Assembly: GCA_002633005.1 (NCBI GenBank)
Contig: NMRA01000082.1
Coordinates: 845,988 to 909,987 of the forward strand
DNA from: Phoronis australis
Lineage: Eukaryota; Animalia; Phoronida
Direction: 5' to 3'
Length of the DNA: 64,000 bases
The notes beneath the pieces were generated by a model that saw only the letters and a list, made by a program, of their open reading frames with translations, was not told the DNA's origin and made no database searches. Below are positions 40,001 to 53,500 of the stretch, in pieces. Positions within the stretch are counted from its first letter, which is position 1. Each line of letters opens with the position of its first letter. Position numbers and translations under genes: made by a program.

Positions 40001-43000
40001 ACACATGTAGATGTAATAGAGAGAAATTTTTACAGAAACAGTTTGTGGGCCCAGCCAGAAAAATTTTGTTTGTTTCCATGCTTTTGCTATACAGACCTTG
40101 TACACGCACTTAAAAATGTACCTTTAGTCATGCATACCTCGAAAAAGCTCACAAGACATTTTCCTCAGACTTTCCAGAACAAATTGGCCTAGATTCATTA
40201 CCAGTTAAAAGCGTGTGGTTGATTGTATGAACCTTTATTATTGTATCATGTTTTGACACGTAACGACCACAAATGCCCATTTTCTTGAGTGCCCAGTAGC
40301 CTGCAAAGGATCATTGATATTTAAATTTCTTGTGAACGTAGCTACAAAATTTGACTGATCCTTAGGCGGTTTTCTGTGATCGCAGGCAGTTGGCAGTACA
40401 CTTCAAAATACCAGATTTTGCGACTTTGGCGATTGTCTTAATGTCCTTTGGCCAGAAAAGTTAAGAGTCTGGGGGTGCAGTCTAGACGATTTTTCATCTG
40501 AAGAAGCTTCATATAGGTTTTAAGGGATTGGATTTTGTAACAGTGAGTTAGCCCTAGGCTGCAGTGCGATTTTTGACGAAATTGTGCCTTAAAGTCCTTC
40601 TCTTACGCGTTGTTAACCCTTATTACATGGTTAGAAGATGTTATAAGGATCCAAGAAGTACCTACCCCATAACTAATACACGAACCGTAATCGAAAAAAG
40701 TTTAAATGAACGCGCCACTCACGATTCGCACCCGAAGAAAGACCGCCATTTTGAACTTGTCGCGAACCCGGAAGTACAATTCATTCAGGAACCCAGGCCG
40801 AGAAAACGCCGTCAGTGCGACTGGAGCAGTGCCTGTACTGTTACTAGCCAGCAAACGGGGATAAAAAAAAATCGACAGCGCGCCTTAATTTTGATAAAAT
40901 CAAACTACGGACAATTTTATCCAATTTGCTGAAGAAATGTGGCGAACAAATTTTGACAGAAATTATTTTGCCAGACTCGGGACCGCAGCCTATTGGACCC
41001 GGTGCGGATCGACACCAGACACTGGCGAACGGTAAATGCATGCGGTTGCAAGCTGTTTTGTATAAGTAAAATGGTCAAATGATAAATGCTACATATATTC
41101 AAGGGTAGTTTAAGACACTTGCATGAAATTTCGGGCTGGTTAGTCCTGTGTCACACTGCCGCGACAGACCTTAGTTAGCCTCAGTGACCAGCTACCAGTG
41201 AAGACTATAGTCAAAATACAGTTTGTTAGTAGGCCTATACAGCTTTGCGCCAAGCGGCTACCCTTATGCCTAACTGGTCGCTGGCCACAAACACAAAAAA
41301 ACACGAAAATTGAACAAAGTTTGTTTTTTGTAGCAACGTTTGTCAAAATGTATCAACGTTAAATCTTCACAAATTACAAAGTAGCCGATTGAACATGCCT
41401 TTCAGTTCAGCAAAAGTCGCCATTGTCGGTGCCGCCAGAAATGAGACGAAGTCCAACGGGAATTGTGAGCATATTTATCACTTAATAAGTAACAACTGCG
41501 AGGCTTAAATTTGGTGAACACTGTTAAATCGTACAGAATAGTAATTTGTTGGCGAAAACAATTTACACAAAGTTTTAAACTCGTAACTCATCCCGCTGTC
41601 CTCCAATATGGCCGACGCTATCCAAACAAAGTGACCCAAATTTCGCCACAAAACTTGCAATAACTTTATAGTGCTTGCCCCGATTTTGATACTTTTTCGA
41701 TTTTTACTGAGTAGAATGTACTACCTTTCCGATGATATAGCAAAGTACTTTTTCAAAACGCGAAAAAAATAAAACCGAAAAAAATTGGTTCGGCCCGTAT
41801 TGGTTCCTAGGTTCGACCGGCCTACGTAAGGAACTAAACACCAATGCTATTTTACCATAATAAGTACGCGTAACATTCCAAAAAAATTCAACTACCACTA
41901 ACTACAAACTATAGATACACTACGAGCTATTACTAATAAAACAAAATAATGAAGACTTTTCGAGCAAGCGATAGCACATTCAGTTACAAGGAAAAAATGG
42001 CGGCGTTCAGGACAAGTTCCAGAACTGATCAGCCGGAAATGTGGGTACGGAAATAACCGATGACAGCCGGTAATTATACGCTCGCAGAGAAGGTTCAAAT
42101 ACTGTTAAAAACTCTCTTTTGGCAAGAAAGACGAAAAGAATATAAAGAAAGGGTGTCGAAAATAAGATTTCATGTAGTAAGTATTTTCGGATACTGGAAC
42201 CACATGGGCAGTTTGCAAGAAGGACTTTAAAATTCAAGTTTGGTATTTCAGTTGAGAAAGTGGAACTGACGTTCACTCTGGACTGCAAGACTTCAGCAGA
42301 GTTGAAAAACCATGTAATAGAATCTCTCTCCCGTGATCTCAGCGTTGCTAAATCAAGGCTGTCTATGGTTGCAGTGTTGAAAACACCTGGCGGTATTATA
42401 TTTTGCATTTCTTTAAATATGGTGTATTATTTTTTGTATTAAAGGTTGTGTTCGTCGAATGTAGTGATGCAACTATTGATTAATGTTGACGTTTTGACCT
42501 ATTTAATTTAAATCAACAGTGTATACCAACTCCGGATTTTGAGAACCTCTTTTCTATAGTGACTGACAAGCATAAAACTGGTTCGCAAGCCCAAGGTGCA
42601 AACAGCATTGATTTGAAAGCGATGTTTGTCTCATCTAGGAGACCAGATATCGGTAGCAATTTCACCGCCAACAAAATCGTCGCCGGAGAAGTCTAGTGAA
42701 ATCGTGAGAAAGGTTAAAACGATGGTGTTCTACGGAGAACTGAAAATCAAGGATGGTGATGTCGAAGTCTGTACCACACCAGTACCAACGAACAGGACAG
42801 TTGTTGTTACGCCCGTTGGGCCAGACCCACAAGAAGTAATAGGAGGTCAGTTTTACCAGCAACCTTGACCACTTCCAGTTTAGGCACATCTCGAAAAGCT
42901 ATTAGCTTAGAGGACAAGTAGTAAACCAGTCCAAGGCATATCTCTACTGGCCATCAATCTTACAAAGTCCAGCTTTCTTCGACTTGTAGTCATGAGCCAA

Positions 43001-46000
43001 TCTCAATGGAGCGAGATGGCATTTCAGGTCTGTTCAATTCCTTTTACTTTTTCAAGAGAGAGAAATTCAATAGAGGTTTACATCTGCAAATTCGTGGTAT
43101 GTATTATTACGTCAACCATTTCATACCTTTGGCGGTTAAGCAGTATGCAAAGTATACGTGGAGTGCATTGCTCGAAGCATCTGGACCCAGCGTCACATCT
43201 TTGAGCTCTAAATTGAACTTGAAAATATGCTATGCATATTTTTGCCACTTTCGTGAAAATATTAGAGAAGCTTGTATGATTTCATAAATTATGATCAAGT
43301 CCAACAAGTGTTATTCCAGTTTGCGCGAGATTATGCCTAAATTCGAGATACCTCGAGATTCCGAGTCAAAACTCGAACTTGTAGCTTTAATGGTGGGTTC
43401 GTCAAGTGAGTATCTCCACTAGAAAATCATGGACTTGAATCAACACTAGTGCTTCCCAGCAGATAATGAAAAGCGTTTATCTGGAATTTGAACAAAAAGA
43501 GGTTGGAAGTTATTCTGAGAATGATTCCGTGTACAAAGACTTTACTTCGGGTGCTGGTGTAAGGAAGCGAGTTCCTCTTCAAAGGCAGTTTTGACAGAAA
43601 CATTCTTAAGTCATATCGCAAATTAATGTTTGTATGATATGAAACGCACCGATAGGTGGAGTGAAGAGTTCAATTTTTGGATTTTCTGTATGTAAGCTTT
43701 TTAGTAGCTTGCTCGATTATCATTGATATATTTTCGAATCTTAACTGTGCACATTATTATGTTTTGGACATACGCAGCAAACGTTGACAATAGAATCAAG
43801 ACGGCAAGCTGAAGTGCTGCGCGTTGACCCGAGGTGGCGTTGCAAATATAGGAGGCGAAGGGTTGGCAGTAGTTATGACGATGACTGTGAAGACAACAAT
43901 GACGCCTAACGCAATAGAATTGTTACAGATTAAAAATTGACTTGCCATCGTTATTGTTTTTCAGGTAAAGATAACAAGATCGTGATTGCCATTAAATGCG
44001 ATTCTTTGACCTTCGACAGAAAAGAGCAGCTTGCCACCGACGCACTTGCAGAAGTTATGCAAGTTCAGACCGATAGGATAGTAAACTTGAAGTTCGTGCA
44101 TAGTGGATCCAGTAAGTTTATGTCTAAATTGTTCAATTGTCTTATGCGTTTGTTCATACATGTTTTATCGCGTGTAAGCGAGCACCTACTGCCCATGTAA
44201 ATCCAAATGCTGGTATGGTAAGCTTCGGCTATATCTCGGGAAGTGTGGAAACGCCAGACTTCTCGAGATACCCCCATGCATGGCCAGCAAAGCACATGGC
44301 CACACTGGCCCTCTACTTTTGAGATTTTTGCGTCTGGGGAATTAAGCACTGGTATAAAATGTCTGTTTGTGAAATACTTCAATAAAATCGCATTACTTCG
44401 AGTATATGGTCGCGTGACTGTTTAAAAGTACTTGGTAGAGGAATTCGTCATGTGGCACCAGTATTTATATTCGACTATACCGTTGGTTAGACATTCTTCA
44501 TTAAGCACTAATATCGCATTTTATGTGAGTGACGAGGTGGAAGCAATCTAACCAGAATTATTTCCTGGATGTATTTATTGGCAGATTGCGAAAAAATGAC
44601 CAGCCATTTGCAATTTGCATGTCCGGTTAACTTCGTCCTAGCTTGTTATTGGGCTGCGGGATATTTAAAGCGGATTCGGGCTCTGTAAATTTTACTAAAC
44701 CTTGAATATTTGAAGGGAGTTTGAACAAGTCTTACATCGTAAAACTAACGCATTATAACCTAAATGTTGTAGAATATTCAAAGTGTTTTCTCCACCGGCA
44801 CTCAGTTGTCCTCTTTTTTGTTCGTTCAATACAGAAACGTCGTTCCAAGTGCACTGTGTGCGTTAGTGAACTTAAAGTCAGTTTCTCAACCTTACGCGAT
44901 AACAACATTCTGCAGGATTTTGACCACCTTACACAATATGGCCCCAATCACCATTGGGCCAAACTCTTTGGCATGAAAAAATTTGGTACCAAAAAGTACG
45001 GTAATATATGTAACAAAAGGAATATGAATGACCAGTGTGGCCGTTTGTGCCGTCAATGCCAACACAACATGTGTCGTGTGCGACAATATGTGCAATGAAC
45101 ACTGGCAAATATTGTGCTCCCCAACGAGTTCAAAAGTAGCCTGTTTATAAGGGTTTTAGGCGCGTAGGCGTATCCAAAGTCAGAGAGTCAGTGGGAGGCT
45201 CAGGAAAGTGTAAGGAACTCCAAACGGAGTTTGTAGCAAGTTGAAAACTGGTGGACGATTCATATTGTTAGTGATGATGATGATGACGCCGACGACGAGG
45301 CCAACAAAATTGATGACGAATACGCTTGGTGCCAGTGAGTCTCGTCTTCGGGCACATTGAATTTGCAAGCATTAAAATTTCGGATAAAGACTCCCTTCAG
45401 CTTGCATTACACCTCTCCGTGAAATCTGGAACACGTTCTCGTCGAAGTTTGGATTTGTCCTTCAAACAGGTTATACCTACATGAAATTTTTGCTTAAGGC
45501 AGGCGATTTTAGGGGGCCATAGTGTGTGTCATTACAATGTCACAGCATATATTTTAGCACTTGACACACATTGTGCGACAATTTTGCTGTGAACGCCAAA
45601 GTTCAATAAAGGCATATGATATCGCTCTCGCATACACTGTCATCCAAGTGCTTTGAGTGCAAAAGTATGTCGCGACAGGCTCATCGAATAGAATGACCCG
45701 CCACGACAAGTCAGCATGTAGGGTCCGAACAGCAACGAACCGTGAAGTCTTTCCAAAACACACTCCCAGTATCTAGTTGTGAACTTAAAGCTTTAAATAA
45801 GTTATACCGCATTGCATGCATTGAGTATTTGTAAAAATGCTACGTAACAGTCCTAGAATTTGCTCGAGAATTATTGGACTTAGAGACCACGCTTTTAGGA
45901 ATGCTATTTTCAAAACTGAGAATTACTCAATATTCCAGGAACATTTGTTTGATTTTGTTTTTGGCCGTATTCAAAACATGAAAAAATGCTTTTGAGTTAT

Positions 46001-49000
46001 AAGAGACATCAAAAAATTGTTGATCGTAATGTTTCTAACGTTTTGATTTTGATGTATAATATTTAATTGAATGTTAAACTTTTTATGTGATGAGGCCGTC
46101 TTGACAGCGTCTAGGTCTGTTTTCTTTCTCACTTCAATAGAAGCAGTGTTGGAAGCCACGCTCCGTCCACCGACATCGACCTCGCCAAAGCCTAACCTTA
46201 AAGCAATGAAATGGCTGCAGGAAGTGGTCAAAGCAAAAGCGTTCATCATAAAGAACAGGAACGGAGACACTTCTTGCACGGGAACTGACTTAATAGTCAA
46301 CCCTATTGGTGTGAATGATTTGTGTTTAAGTTGTTTTGCAGAGACGTCTGAAATGCCCATGATCCTTGTTGGTCGTAAAAACAACTTTTGCAACGCAGTT
46401 TATAATCTTCCTCGCAAGAACGCAAATTATCTCCTTCTGCATAACACTGGTCTTTTAGTTTTAACACCACGTTGATGTCCACGCTGTAATGACAACCGCG
46501 TTTGTTTCATAGGTGTGAGAACCTCGAGAAAACGCAATATCGCGCGAGATATCGCCATGTATTGCAAGCGAACCACGGGGTTACACTAGTTTCCTTCGCG
46601 AGATTGTTGCATCTACGGAACTCTGTTTTGGTTCAGAATCAATGCGCATCAATGATGAAATCTTTGATTGTACATTTGTCTAGGGTACCTAGAATGATTT
46701 ATGCATACAATGAGTCCAAAATACAATCAAACACTGTCTCATTTCTACTTTACCGACATTTTGAGTATGAAAGTAACGTCACCCATTATAAATTCATGTC
46801 ACTGAGTGTTCAAAACAACTATGTACTTTTTCTATCTACACCTTGCGTGGGCTAAGTGTGCCAGCCTGGCTTTTGGGGAGAGAAGTGCAAAAACCCGTGC
46901 AATTGTGAAAACAATGCGCCATGCGAAAACCAAAGAACGGGTGACTGTCCGGGAGGCAGGTGCAAGAAGCGCTTCACGGGACCCGGATGTGCTACTAGTA
47001 AGTATTGGAACAAAATCGTGATATTATTTTAGGTGAATACAGGTATTTCTCCAGTGGTCGGACTATTAAATACTCCAGCCAATCAAATAAATGTCACTTC
47101 CGTAGTTAATCGGAGTCTGATCATTGGATTGGTAATTCCCATCTGCAGTGTGTTGGGATGCCACACAAGCACACGAACACTCATATCTGACCCGCCCTCT
47201 GGTATCCGTGATAGTGACGTTTTACTCTGTAATATCTTCTTGTTTGTGAACCCTATAGGCGCGTGTGCTAACTTCAGGCACATGGCTAATCATTCTCAAT
47301 TTGAAAGTCCCTTGACTTGCCACTTGACTGAATTGAGGAAGCTCCGAGGGGCGAAATTTGAGAGTAGAACGTATGAATGATCATTGTGAAATACTTCTTA
47401 TGAGGTCAATGACCCGTACGTTGGTGGATCCAACTATTGGAGGCGCTCCGTACTGGCAAATTTTGTATTTTTATGTTCAACAATACCTATTGAGTTCCCA
47501 GATTGATCTTCATAAAATTTGGTAGAAAAATTTCTGAGGGTTGCTTGCTTAGTGTTTCACAGAGACTGTTGATATTTTGACATTGGACGAAACATTAATC
47601 TGCAGAAGTCTTAGCCTGTGTCACAAAGACTGGGCAAAAGTTGAAAGTCTGAAAATTTGTTTACCAAGTCAAAAAACAGAAGTCCACAATCTGCTCGAAT
47701 AGAAAAAAACAAAACTTTTCGAGAAACACAAAACACGAAACAACTGTTAGCTACTCGTTAGATTTCTGCTTTTGGCTACAGACAGAAGACTGTGATCTCT
47801 TCCAGAAGAAAGACTCTGTTGCAGATGAAGCTAAACGTTCCTAGGCTCTGATTTTGTTAACATTAAAGGTCAATCTCTAACAATAGAGAGACATGGACAA
47901 TGGATACTAGGAGAATTTTCGACTTTGTATTGTGGCACCAGTAAACTTTGGATATGGCTCACGTCAAAAAGAAGGAAAAATACAAAACAACTGAATGAGC
48001 TTCCCCCATGTTTGTTCAATATTCATTTTTGTCATGCCGTGGTTTAGGTCATGTGCTTATCTAAGAGTGATTTGAGGCAGCTACATGAGCTTGAAAGCTT
48101 TTGTCGGTCCAAAACAGCTGTGCATTACGTTTTCGTTCGCAATTAGTTAAATGAGTACCAAATCGTCAGCGCCATTGGTGCCTTTTTATGGAACTTATCA
48201 AAACGTTGATTATAGTCAAGGCTCGAAAAGTGCTGTTTCCTTAGTGTATAACTTGCTAACGTCTAGGTTTTATTGGGCGCTCTATGATATAATTAAAATG
48301 AAAGTTCTTTTCATACACTTTTAGTCTCTGTGGTTACTGGCAGCTCTAGTGTGACAACTTAAACTGATTTCTCTTGCAGAGATCAAGTGCACCAAGCCCA
48401 TGGTTTATGGACCAGACTGCAACAAGCCATGCAATTGTTTTAACAATGTCCAGTGCGACGACTACAGTGGGAAGTGCGATAAATGTCCTTCTGGGTACAG
48501 CGGAGAAGACTGTTTGATAAGTAAGCAATAGAATAGAATGGCGGCTGCCGTTGAGACAACGGCGACTAAAACAGCCATGACGACGACCATTCTAAAGATG
48601 ACCGTGGCAATGATAGTCACAATAAGGATAGAAATAACGACAACGACTGTGATGATGATGATGGTTATGGTGGTGGTGGCGGTGATGATGGCGTCGATGA
48701 CTGCGGTAGATAAGTGATGAAGGCATTACTGAATGAGTTGATTGTTGTCATTGTGTTAAAGTGGTGTTGTTGAATAACAACAGTGCATCCCACGTGATAC
48801 CGTTCTGGTGATGCCAAGATAATCATTGCCCAGTCCATTATTAACTCTCTCTCACGAACTCTTTGCTTCATTGTAGAAACCACGTGCACGGAAACTTTCG
48901 ATTTTTATCCACCCTCGGCTTCATATCCATTTACAACATTTCTCTGTGTTGACGGTAAGCGCAGTTAAGTTGGAAAAATCAGTTAACACTCCCAAGACAT

Positions 49001-50516
49001 TAGGTGTATCTTTTTCTATAATGTGACGTCATGTGACATCAGCGGAGCACCCGTCACTCTAAGTCAAAACAATGTCTGATCTGGGCACAGGCCGTCTAGT
49101 CCAAAAAACAATTTACTAAACAACTTCAAAACACGCCACATTTCCAAACAATGTTACATTCAATCATTTTGCCCATTATCATTATACGACTTGGATCAAT
49201 CGTGAATATATAAATTCAATGGTCCTTCATTCATTCTGACCACTGCTTTGTCAATGCCATTTTTCTTCTATAGAAACTAGTTTGTATGGCAATTGAAACG
49301 GAGACCCCATACCAAAACGCGTAATATGTCTGTTGAGTTTTTCTAATCTATCCAAGAAGCCAGCCATAGTAATTGAGCAACACTAGTAATTATAACAGAT
49401 TAAAACATGCGCTCTGCAAGTATTATTTTGTTGCTATTTGACTTGACTTCACTGCTATCCATTCAATTTTTCAGTATGTGTTCAAAACCTCATCTCCAAA
49501 TATACATGTAGCATGTAATTATATAATTTAATATATTATAGTACCACTACTTGAGATTTCCTTTAAACTGGATGGCAGAGTCAATAACGACGTGGACGTC
49601 AACACGAAAGCTCTTCGCGCACTGGAAAAAACACTGCAAGTGGCCAAGTCACGAATCACGTCACTGGTAGTTGCTCCAGGTAATATTTAGTCTCCCATTG
49701 CGTCTGATATAAACTTGTCAATTATTTGCTCTATAATTCCAGATGATACATGATAGCCGAGTAAGTGAACTTTGCAATTGCTCTTCTACAGGGACATTAC
49801 AACGATGTTAGCAAAATGTGTAACTTAGAATAGTGCTCTTAGCCACAATCATTGTCCTACGAATCTACTGTACGATCCTCTGCAGAAAAAGCAATCTCGT
49901 TAGATTTTATAGAGTTAATTAGCAACAAGAACTAATGAGTGGGCGCCATGCGTAGATGTATTATTTGAATATGTTAACATACTCTTGAAATCGAATGCAG
50001 TGTTACTGATTTGACTGTAGATGGAGGCGAGCATCTCGTGAACTTATATTTAAGACCTCCTTCAACAAGTTCGGAGAAGCTAGATTCCGAAGTGATAGCC
50101 ACACTGAGCAATCTGGTTAATGGAGGAAATGTCGTGTTTGAACACCCGGTTGGCAACAAAATAAAGGCCAAGACCGACCGCCTACATATAAAACCAGTGC
50201 TTGAGGAGCCGGACAGAGGTTGGGAAATGTTTTCAGTTTGTCTTATTATTTTCGGGGTATACGAATCTCCGTGATACTCATGCGAGTTACACGAGGATCC
50301 AGTCTTGCAATCCATCATTCTTTTAAAGCATTCATTTGCGACTGATATTTTTGAAAGTCAAATCTACAAAAACGAGAGTATTTGTATAAAGGGTGTCCCA
50401 AATTTATTGACCGTTTGATTTGCACATCAAAATCCGGAAGCATGTACTATTCTGATAAAGCGATGACAAATGCTCACGTTTGTTTATCATGCATGTGTGT
50501 GGTTACGCGCGCACAC

Positions 50517-50561
<45 letters not shown>

Positions 50562-53500
50562 GAACACGCGCACATACACAAAGATCACCTGCGCACGCGC
50601 GCGCACATATAAACACACATACCAACCCACCCACACACACACCTGCACACGCACAGAGAACACGCCCACACAGAGAACACGAGCGCACGCGCACGCGCAC
50701 GCGCTCACACACAAACTTGCATACTTACACATAACAGAACGTCCTAGAAGAGATCATTCTGCGTGCCAGCAATTTCACTCCTGTTAGCAATTTTCCAAAG
50801 AACAACTAACTGTGCAGACATTTCAGCGTCAGACCCATTCAAGTTTTAGGCTTGTATATCGAAATATTCAGACGTTAAATACTGTACAACGTGGAATTAG
50901 GACGAGTTCATAGGGAGGTGAAGGGTCTAAGATGAACGTGACGTGTGATGAAAGCAATGCTTCAAATGCGATTACAAGTGACGTAATGTTTGCATGGCTG
51001 CTAGGGATGGCCATTCTTAGTGAAACTTAGTGGTTAATTGTTTTGAAGCAGTCATACTCATAGCGAATTTCGTCTCCACTCATCACATTGTTTATTTCTT
51101 TCCTTCGAGATACAAAGCGATGTTAGATAAATACCATGTATGGCAGGCGATCATATACTAAAATTCGTGAGTCTGAATTTTTCATTTTTCAAGTATTTAC
51201 CATACAAAGAAAAGACACGGGAATAATCAAAATGTCATTTTAAATCATTTCACTATTATTAATTTTAAGCTCCAATTACATAGCGTGTACATTCAAATTA
51301 GAGTGTGATACCGTATGGGGGCAACATGTAGACATGAATTGCCGTCGACACGTACATACATGCAAACAGGAGTAGAAACTGTACGCGTACATGTCAGTGT
51401 CGTTACAAAACGGCGTTGGCAAATTATGACAGTGGCCAGATTAATGTTTATTGGGAAACTCCATGCTATAAAAGTTCTGGATTCATACAAACTGTAAAAT
51501 GCCGCCACAGCCCCTGTTTATACGACAATGAGAACAGTTTCATGCACACGGAAAATCGGTCATAATCGATCTATAGATTTATTTTATATTTTGTTCTCAG
51601 TGGTTTGAATGTATAATTTTCTATCGTATTACAGTGAAAATGGTCAGAATAATTGCCGATATTAACAAGAATTCAGTGGTTGACAAAGATCTCAAGGTTG
51701 CTGTAGAAGATTTTTTTCGTCACATCAACCCTACGTTTAAAGAAGACAAAACTAGATATACGAAGCCATATGTATCACCAAGTAAGCGGTTTACTTCTAA
51801 AGTTGGTAAAGTTGATAAACACAAAGGCATCGTCATTGGTTAATTATAATCGATCGCGTGAACGTTGTATCCGTGTTCGTTAAAACTTATTGTATAAAGG
51901 TTATTCTGCATTACAGCCTTGTGGAAAAGAACTTAATAAGCGAATGAACGCTAAAAAATGGTTCTTTGTGATGCAACATTTTGTCATGGAACGCAGGTTT
52001 ATTGTGACTTGAAATGCACGTACCCGTATTGATATACATGTTCATGTAAATATTAAGAATCCATTCGGAAGTCTTTTCTTTTTTTATCTTGAAATTTGTT
52101 CCCATATTATTTTTCTTGCTGCCAACAGGGGGCAAGTTAATCGTTGAACTACAACCGCCCGTAGCAAAAGCAACGACATTTAGTAGCACCGTTATAAAAC
52201 GACTACAGCAGGTATTCAATAAAGACAGCCACATAACGGACGGTCAAGGAAACACCGTATTTACTGTAAAAGGAGGGACAGTTACATACGATGTTGGACC
52301 GAAGACTGTCCCCCCTGGAGTTGTTGGATGTAAGTTTTTGCTGGTAGATACGTGTTTGTTTTGCATAAATGTGACTTAAGAGCCGAGGCTATCGATGACA
52401 TTTCTCCTCTGTTTCTGGAGAAGCGCTTGCTACCCAAGCTCTGCTCCTCCTTGTATACTTGAATAAAGTTTTGGTAAACTGCCTGGCGGAAAGTATACAC
52501 CTATCTCTAGATTGGAGTAACGGTTGCAAACATCTGGTGGAGTGCTTGTTGACCTAAAATTGGCATTTGCCTCCAGACGAGAACAAAAAGTCAACTGGTT
52601 ATGGTGAAGCAATCCAGCACTCCGTTCCTCAACATGTCCCCATATGGTTCTGAAGAAACGTGTGGTAGCTAGCGCTGTCACGTTCTATAGCGGAGAGCAA
52701 TGGTAGTCTATTTCTGGGGAGGTGAATAGTTGCGCTAGTGTTTTAGTATCCCCCGGACGAGCACAATGGCCAATTTGGGCTTGTATAATTTCTTGGTGAC
52801 GCAGAATACTTTGTTGTTTATTTCAAGTCTTTCTTCAGTCCGATACTCCCATACACCCCAGACACACATACCATAGAACATAAAAACATAATGTTTATCT
52901 GCGGTGTATACATTTGTGACCGGATATTGGACTTGAAATCCTGTGACTTACATAAACATTCACATTTTGTTGCATACATGTACAACTGTACTTGGTTGCA
53001 TCTTACCGTTACCAGGACTTTAGAATTGTTCCTTTCTTTGTGCAGCGGAAAAAGTCAAAGTATCATTTTTCGTTAAGTGCCAGCTGCAGGTTTCCTCTGG
53101 GACAGATGTGTTCAAATATATCGCCATAACACTGCGTACAACACTCGACGTCTCCAAGGAAAGGATTGCTGATATGACGTCAACAGCACATGGAGAGTGT
53201 ACGTCAGTTTCTGTACAATCTTCTCGGCATTTGCATGGGCTCACACTAAACCCTGCTTATAGAGCAACGGTTTGATGTCATAAGACTAAAATCGTTGTAA
53301 TAAATGTCTGGCAATAGTGTTGTCTGTAACGTATGTGGAAGATAAGCTACTAAACAGAAATTGTACCGCTTTTCTGCTTCTTATTCCCTACAAATAATAC
53401 ACTTATAACTATGTTAACTGATTATCAACAATTTTGATCGTACAAAACCTAAGAGGCAAGTTTATGCTCATGCCCACGCCATTTGTCAGAAAGAGTTGAA

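Noticed and set aside
44830-45350. Cys-rich ([19 protein letters not shown]) and acidic peptides suggesting a transposase tail
   Set aside because: Short and interrupted, and no element ends found.
46300-46860. Gene boundary between blocks A and B (two tandem paralogues)
   Set aside because: Only 548 bp separate exons 25 and 26, phases match, and no signal-peptide exon is present.
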